From the NCBI GenBank assembly GCA_903843125.1, contig CAIMOR010000248.1:220-64219 (forward strand): a stretch of DNA of 64,000 bases. Direction: 5' to 3'. This document shows, piece by piece, positions 58,957-64,000 of this stretch. Positions within the stretch are counted from its first letter, which is position 1, and the number at the start of each line of letters is the position of its first letter. Source of the DNA: an uncultured Rhodospirillales bacterium (GTDB taxonomy: Bacteria > Pseudomonadota > Alphaproteobacteria > Acetobacterales > Acetobacteraceae). The notes beneath the pieces were generated by a model. It did no database searches. It saw only the letters and a program-made list of their open reading frames with translations, and was not told the origin of the DNA. Both the position numbers and the translations under genes were made by a program.

Positions 58957-60279
58957 CTACAGGATGTACCGGCTCAAATCCGCGCTGCTGGCCAAGGGCG
59001 CCACCTTGTCGCGCACCGTGCCGGCATCCACCCGGACGTTGTCGCCGGACTTGTCGCTGGCGCTGAAGGAAATCTCCTCCAACAGCCGTTCCAACACCGT
59101 GGCCAGACGCCGCGCGCCGATGTTTTCCACCCGTGCGTTGATGTCGGTGGCCAGGTCGGCAATGGCGTCCACCGCTTCAGGTGTGATGTCGAGCGTCACG
59201 CCCTCGGTGCCCAGCAGCGCCACGTACTGCTTGACCAGGCTGTGCTCGGGCTCGGTCAGGATGCGGCGCATGTCGTCCCGCGACAGCGCCTGAAGCTCGA
59301 CCCGGATCGGCAGGCGGCCCTGCAGTTCCGGCAGCAGGTCCGAAGGCTTGGCCATGTGGAAGGCGCCGGAAGCGATGAACAGGATGTGGTCGGTCTTCAC
59401 CGGACCATGCTTGGTGGTCACGGTGGTGCCTTCGATCAGCGGCAGCAGGTCGCGCTGCACGCCTTCACGCGAAACGTCGCCGCCACGGAAGCCACCTTCC
59501 GTGGTCCGGGCGCAGACCTTGTCGATCTCGTCGAGGAAGACGATGCCGTTGTTCTCCGCATTGGCGATGGCGTCGCGGGTCAGCGCCTCGGCGTCCAGCA
59601 GCTTGTCGGCCTCGTCCTTGGTCAGCGCGATGCGGGCTTCGGCCACGTGCATCTTGCGGGCCTTCTGCCGGCCACCGAACATCTTGCCCAGCATCTCCTG
59701 CATGTTCTGCATCTGCATGCCCTGCTGGCCCGGCAGGTCCATCATGCCGATCGGCATGCCGCCGCCGGTATCGGCCAGTTGAACCTCGATCTCGCGGGTT
59801 TCCAACTGCCCCTCGCGCAGCATCTTGCGGAACTTCATCCGGGTTTCGCCGGAGGCGCCCTCGCCGACCAGCGCGGTCAGCAGGCGTTCCTCGGCGGCCA
59901 GCTCGGCCTTGGCCTGCACGGTCTTGCGCGCGGTCTCGCGCATCTGGGTGATGCTGACCTCGACCAGGTCGCGGATGATGCTGTCGACGTCGCGGCCGAC
60001 ATAGCCGACCTCGGTGAACTTGGTGGCCTCCACCTTCAGGAAGGGGGCGTTGGCCAGGCGGGCCAGGCGGCGGGCAATCTCGGTCTTGCCGCAGCCGGTG
60101 GGGCCGATCATCAGGATGTTCTTGGGCACCACTTCCTCGCGGATGCCCTCCGGCAGCTGCTGGCGGCGCCAGCGGTTGCGCAGCGCGATGGCGACGGCGC
60201 GCTTGGCGTCGTTCTGGCCGACGATGTAGCGGTCCAGCTCCGAGACGATCTCGCGCGGGCTCAGGTTCACGGCTTCCAT
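58957..60279 (-). CDS. hslU: ATP-dependent protease ATPase subunit HslU
   Basis: [58 protein letters not shown]. Confidence 0.95.
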   Translation of the reverse strand: MEAVNLSPREIVSELDRYIVGQNDAKRAVAIALRNRWRRQQLPEGIREEVVPKNILMIGPTGCGKTEIARRLARLANAPFLKVEATKFTEVGYVGRDVDSIIRDLVEVSITQMRETARKTVQAKAELAAEERLLTALVGEGASGETRMKFRKMLREGQLETREIEVQLADTGGGMPIGMMDLPGQQGMQMQNMQEMLGKMFGGRQKARKMHVAEARIALTKDEADKLLDAEALTRDAIANAENNGIVFLDEIDKVCARTTEGGFRGGDVSREGVQRDLLPLIEGTTVTTKHGPVKTDHILFIASGAFHMAKPSDLLPELQGRLPIRVELQALSRDDMRRILTEPEHSLVKQYVALLGTEGVTLDITPEAVDAIADLATDINARVENIGARRLATVLERLLEEISFSASDKSGDNVRVDAGTVRDKVAPLASSADLSRYIL

Positions 60280-60878
60280 CACGTGCGCTCCGTCGCGCCG
60301 GGGCGCGCGATGTCAGACTCGCTGTCCAACGTCTCGAAGATGGCGTTGCCGTTGGTGTAGACGCAGATCTCGCTGGCGATCTTCATGCCGCGGCGGCAGA
60401 TATCCTCGGCCGTAAGCCCTTCCACCGGCAGCAGGGCGCGGGCAGCGGCCAGGGCGTAGTTTCCGCCGCTGCCGATGCCGATGACGGCGTCCTCGGGTTC
60501 CAGCACGTCGCCCTGGCCGGTCAGCAGCAGGCTGCGCTTGCTGTCGGCCACGGCCAGCAGGGCTTCCAGGCGGCGCAGGTAACGGTCCGTGCGCCAGTCC
60601 TTGGCCAGCTCGACGCAGGCGCGTTCCAGCTGGTCCGGGAAGCGTTCCAGCTTGGTTTCCAGCCGTTCCAATAGCGTGAAGGCGTCGGCGGTGGCGCCGG
60701 CGAAGCCGGCCAGTACGCGGCCCTGGGCGATGCGGCGGACCTTGCGGGCGTTGCCCTTGACCACGGTCTGGCCGAGCGAAACCTGGCCGTCTCCGGCCAT
60801 GCAGACCTGGGCGCCCTTGCGGACGCAGAGGATGGTGGTGCCGTGCCAGCCGAGCGGGTCATGGGGTGTCGTGTTCAT
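60279..60878 (-). CDS. hslV: ATP-dependent protease subunit HslV
   Basis: [51 protein letters not shown]. Start is ATG 60878 or 60887. The stop shares one nt with the hslU ATG. Confidence 0.9.
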   Translation of the reverse strand: MNTTPHDPLGWHGTTILCVRKGAQVCMAGDGQVSLGQTVVKGNARKVRRIAQGRVLAGFAGATADAFTLLERLETKLERFPDQLERACVELAKDWRTDRYLRRLEALLAVADSKRSLLLTGQGDVLEPEDAVIGIGSGGNYALAAARALLPVEGLTAEDICRRGMKIASEICVYTNGNAIFETLDSESDIARPGATERT

Positions 60879-61010
60879 GTGGGGCATGTGGGACTTTCCG
60901 CGGCTGGCGGCAACGGGGGGCCTGGGCGACCGGATGGCGGGGGTTACGGCAGGCAACCGCCACCGCAACAGGGGCTGGCGAAGCCGGGGCCGTGAGCGTA
61001 TCTCACCCCC

Positions 61011-61619
61011 ATGCAGGCCCTGATCCCCCGCCGTGCCGAGGTTTCCCGCACCACGGCCGAGACCGACATACAGGTGGCCATGGTGCTGGACGGCACCGGG
61101 CGCAGCAGCATCGCCACGGGTATCGGCTTCCTGGACCACATGCTGACCGCGCTGGCGCGCCACGCCATGCTGGACCTGACCGTGGCCGCCAAGGGCGACC
61201 TGCACATCGACTTCCATCACACCACCGAGGATGTCGGCATCGTGCTTGGCCAGGCGCTGCGCCAGGCGCTGGGCGAGAAACGCGGCATCCGCCGCTACGG
61301 CCATGCGATGATCCCGATGGATGAGGCGCTGGCCGAGGCGGCGCTGGACATCTCCGGCCGGCCCTTCTTGGCGTGGAACGTGCCCTTCGCCCGCCCCAAG
61401 GTTGGCGAGATGGATACCGAACTGTTCGAGGAGTTCTTCCGCGCCTTCGCCTTCAACGCGGGCCTGACCCTGCATGTGACGCTGAAGGCCGGCACCAACG
61501 CGCATCATGTCGCAGAGGCCTGCTTCAAGGCGCTGGCGCGGGCGCTGCGGATGGCGCTGGAACTGGACCCGCGGGCGCCGGATGCGGTGCCGTCCACCAA
61601 GGGCGTGCTGGAGGCCTGA
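61011..61619 (+). CDS. hisB: imidazoleglycerol-phosphate dehydratase
   Basis: [60 protein letters not shown]. Confidence 0.95.
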   Translation: MQALIPRRAEVSRTTAETDIQVAMVLDGTGRSSIATGIGFLDHMLTALARHAMLDLTVAAKGDLHIDFHHTTEDVGIVLGQALRQALGEKRGIRRYGHAMIPMDEALAEAALDISGRPFLAWNVPFARPKVGEMDTELFEEFFRAFAFNAGLTLHVTLKAGTNAHHVAEACFKALARALRMALELDPRAPDAVPSTKGVLEA

Positions 61620-61963
61620 TGCGGGTCTTCACCGTCCACACGCCACCCGCAGGGAACGTCGCGGCGGGGGAGGTGATGCCGATGCTGGTGCCGGAAGGCT
61701 TCAGCTGGGCCGCGTTGCTGTTCGGGCCGCTGTGGCTGCTGGCGCATCGGCTGTGGTGGCCGGCCGCGGCGCTGTTCGTCGCATCCCTGCTGCTGGGCTT
61801 TGTCAGTCCCTGGGCTGCGGCCGGACTGCAACTGCTGTTCGCGTTCGAGGCCGAGGACGTGCGGCGATGGTTGCTGGCCCGGCAGGGCTGGCAGGTGGCC
61901 GGCGTGGTCGCGGCTGCGGATGCCGGGGCGGCGACGCAGCGGCTGCTGGACGCAGCGGCATGA
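61619..61963 (+). CDS. DUF2628 small membrane protein
   Basis: [25 protein letters not shown], in the hisB/hisH slot usual in alphaproteobacteria. The ATG shares one nt with the hisB stop. Confidence 0.65.
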   Translation: MRVFTVHTPPAGNVAAGEVMPMLVPEGFSWAALLFGPLWLLAHRLWWPAAALFVASLLLGFVSPWAAAGLQLLFAFEAEDVRRWLLARQGWQVAGVVAAADAGAATQRLLDAAA

Positions 61964-62625
61964 GCAATGTGCAACGGGTCGCGGTGGTCGATCCTGGCTC
62001 GGGCAACCTGGCGAGCGTGCTGCGGGCGCTGGACCGGGCCGCCGCCGACACCGGGGTCGCCACGCAGGCCTTCATTACCCGGGAAGCCGCGGAGGTGCTG
62101 GCCGCCGACCGGATCGTGCTGCCGGGCCAGGGCGCCTTTGCCGCCTGTTGGGCGGGCCTGACCGCGCTGCCCGGCATGGTGGCGGCACTGGAGAAGCGGG
62201 TGGCCGGCGGCACGCCGCTGCTGGGCATCTGCGTCGGCATGCAGGTGATGGCCGAGCGCGGGCTGGAACACGGCGTGACACCGGGGCTTGGCTGGATCCG
62301 CGGCGAGATTGCGCCGATGGACCCGCGGGCCGCGGATGGCAGCGCGCTGCCGCTGCCGCAGATGGGCTGGAACGCGTTGGAGTTCCCCGCCGTGGGCGCG
62401 CATGCGCTGCTGGCCGGGATAGCACCAGGCGAATACGGCTATTTCGTGCATTCCTACGCGCTGGCCGGTGGCCGGTCCGAGGAGACGCTGGCCACCACGG
62501 ATTACGGCGGGCCGGTGGTGGCGATCGTCGGGCGGGACAACATCGCCGGCACGCAATTCCATGTCGAGAAGAGCCAGACGGTGGGGCTGCGCATCCTCGG
62601 CAATTTCCTGCGGTGGGCACCATGA
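61960..62625 (+). CDS. hisH: imidazole glycerol phosphate synthase, glutamine amidotransferase subunit
   Basis: VAVVDPGSGNLASVLRAL, LPGQGAF, LGICVGMQVM (catalytic Cys), TQFHVEKS. Confidence 0.9.
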   Translation: MSNVQRVAVVDPGSGNLASVLRALDRAAADTGVATQAFITREAAEVLAADRIVLPGQGAFAACWAGLTALPGMVAALEKRVAGGTPLLGICVGMQVMAERGLEHGVTPGLGWIRGEIAPMDPRAADGSALPLPQMGWNALEFPAVGAHALLAGIAPGEYGYFVHSYALAGGRSEETLATTDYGGPVVAIVGRDNIAGTQFHVEKSQTVGLRILGNFLRWAP

Positions 62626-63203
62626 GCGATGCCGCCCAGGGCCATGGGCTCTCCATCGAGCACGCCCTGCGGATAGACGACGCCGACATGGCCGAACTGT
62701 GCGAGGCGACCGACGCCGCGATCATCGAAAGCGGCGGTTTCGGCTGGGTCGAGCCGCAGGGCCGCACCGCGCTGGAACGCCACTTCCGCGGCGTGCTGCT
62801 GGTGCCGGAGCGGGAGCTGTTCCTGGCCCGGCTGGACGGGATCGTCGTCGGCAGCTGCCAGCTGGTGCGGCCGCCGCGCAACAATGAAGCCCAGGCCTTC
62901 GGCGCGCAGCTGACCCACGCCTACATTGCGCCCTATGCGCGCGGCCACGGGCTGGCGCGGCTGATGGTGACGCGGGTTGAGGAGCGGGCGGCGGCCATGG
63001 GCATCCGCGTGCTGAACCTGGACGTGCGGGCGACGCAGGCCACCGCCATCTCGCTGTTCGAGGGCCTCGGCTACACCCGCTGGGGCACGCACCCCGCCTA
63101 TGCGCGGCTGGGCGGCCAGACCGTGGCCGGTCACTACTACTTCAAGCTGCTGGAACCCGGGCGCGGGCGCAGCACCGACAAGCTGATCAACGAGGCCGGC
63201 TAG
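62622..63203 (+). CDS. GNAT-family N-acetyltransferase
   Basis: [34 protein letters not shown] (acetyl-CoA motif A region), [15 protein letters not shown] overlap with hisH. Confidence 0.75.
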   Translation: MSDAAQGHGLSIEHALRIDDADMAELCEATDAAIIESGGFGWVEPQGRTALERHFRGVLLVPERELFLARLDGIVVGSCQLVRPPRNNEAQAFGAQLTHAYIAPYARGHGLARLMVTRVEERAAAMGIRVLNLDVRATQATAISLFEGLGYTRWGTHPAYARLGGQTVAGHYYFKLLEPGRGRSTDKLINEAG

Positions 63204-63234
63204 CCGGGCTGGCCAGGCAAGCGAGACATTCCCC

Positions 63235-63969
63235 ATGGCGCTGACGCTCTACCCCGCCATCGACCTCAAGGCCGGCCAGGTGGTGCGGCTGAAGCGCGGC
63301 GAGATGGCCGACGCCACGGTCTATGGCCACGACCCCGCGGCCCAGGCGCTGGCCTGGCGGCAGGCCGGGTTCGGTTGGCTGCATGTGGTGGACCTGGACG
63401 GCGCCTTCGCCGGCAAGCCGGCCAACGCGGCGGCGGTACGGGCCATCCTCGCGGCCATTCCCGGCCAGCGGGTGCAGCTGGGCGGCGGCATCCGCGACAT
63501 GGCCACGGTGGAAGCCTGGCTGGCGGCGGGACTCACGCGGGTGATCCTGGGGTCCGCGGCACTGAAGGACCCGGCTTTCACCAAGGCTGCCTGCAGGGCG
63601 TTTCCGGGCCAGGTGGCGGTGGGCATCGACGCCAAGGCGGGCATGGTCGCGACCGAAGGTTGGGCGGAAGTCAGCACCGTCTCGGCCGTGGAACTGGCGC
63701 AACGCTTCGAGGACGCCGGCGCGGCGGCGGTCATCTACACCGACATCGACCGTGACGGCATGCTGGGTGGCGTCAACCTTGAGGCAACACTGGCCCTGGC
63801 CCGGGCGGTGCGGCTGCCGGTGATCGCTTCCGGCGGGGTGGCGAGCATTACCGATGTGGCCGCGCTGGCGATGTTGGGGGGCGAGGGAATAGAGGGGGTG
63901 ATCATCGGCCGGGCGCTGTATGATGGCCGCGTCGACCCCGCTGCGGCGCTGGCGTTGGCCCGAAATTAA
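63235..63969 (+). CDS. hisA: ProFAR isomerase (1-(5-phosphoribosyl)-5-[(5-phosphoribosylamino)methylideneamino]imidazole-4-carboxamide isomerase)
   Basis: [61 protein letters not shown]. Confidence 0.95.
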   Translation: MALTLYPAIDLKAGQVVRLKRGEMADATVYGHDPAAQALAWRQAGFGWLHVVDLDGAFAGKPANAAAVRAILAAIPGQRVQLGGGIRDMATVEAWLAAGLTRVILGSAALKDPAFTKAACRAFPGQVAVGIDAKAGMVATEGWAEVSTVSAVELAQRFEDAGAAAVIYTDIDRDGMLGGVNLEATLALARAVRLPVIASGGVASITDVAALAMLGGEGIEGVIIGRALYDGRVDPAAALALARN

Positions 63970-64000
63970 GGGCAGGTCGGTCGCGGCCGCCTGCCGCAAC

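Overview
Very GC-rich chromosomal segment (third codon positions are almost all G/C). The gene neighbourhoods look alphaproteobacterial, probably Rhodospirillales/Acetobacteraceae-like: atpHAGDC without Fo genes, hslVU divergent from hisB-DUF2628-hisH-hisA, a TIGR02186 + TauE pair, and four Bug-family binding proteins. I support about 65 protein genes. They are tightly packed and often joined by 1-4 nt start/stop overlaps, several using GTG/TTG starts. I recognised no rRNA, tRNA, CRISPR array, IS element or prophage. Most very long ORFs in the track are out-of-frame or antisense artefacts of the GC content. Content: housekeeping genes (lnt, F1 ATP synthase, ribA, hemW, hslVU, his genes); an Mla/MCE-type lipid ABC system; transport/catabolic clusters built around Bug and family-5 binding proteins; an isolated motB-motA stator locus; an orphan CzcA-type RND pump; feoAB. 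The items most worth a second look are: (1) an Hpt protein translationally coupled to a sigma-54 activator that carries LuxO-specific sequence blocks, with an AT-rich divergent control region next to it; (2) a peptide-type ABC importer operon with no ATPase genes, where a Bug-family binding protein and an MBL hydrolase sit in their place; (3) a TauE-TIGR02186-UspA-TauD-Bug gene string; (4) a decayed Doc/Fic toxin remnant between hslU and ecsC. None of these is proven from sequence alone, and I do not claim a clearly novel multi-gene system.
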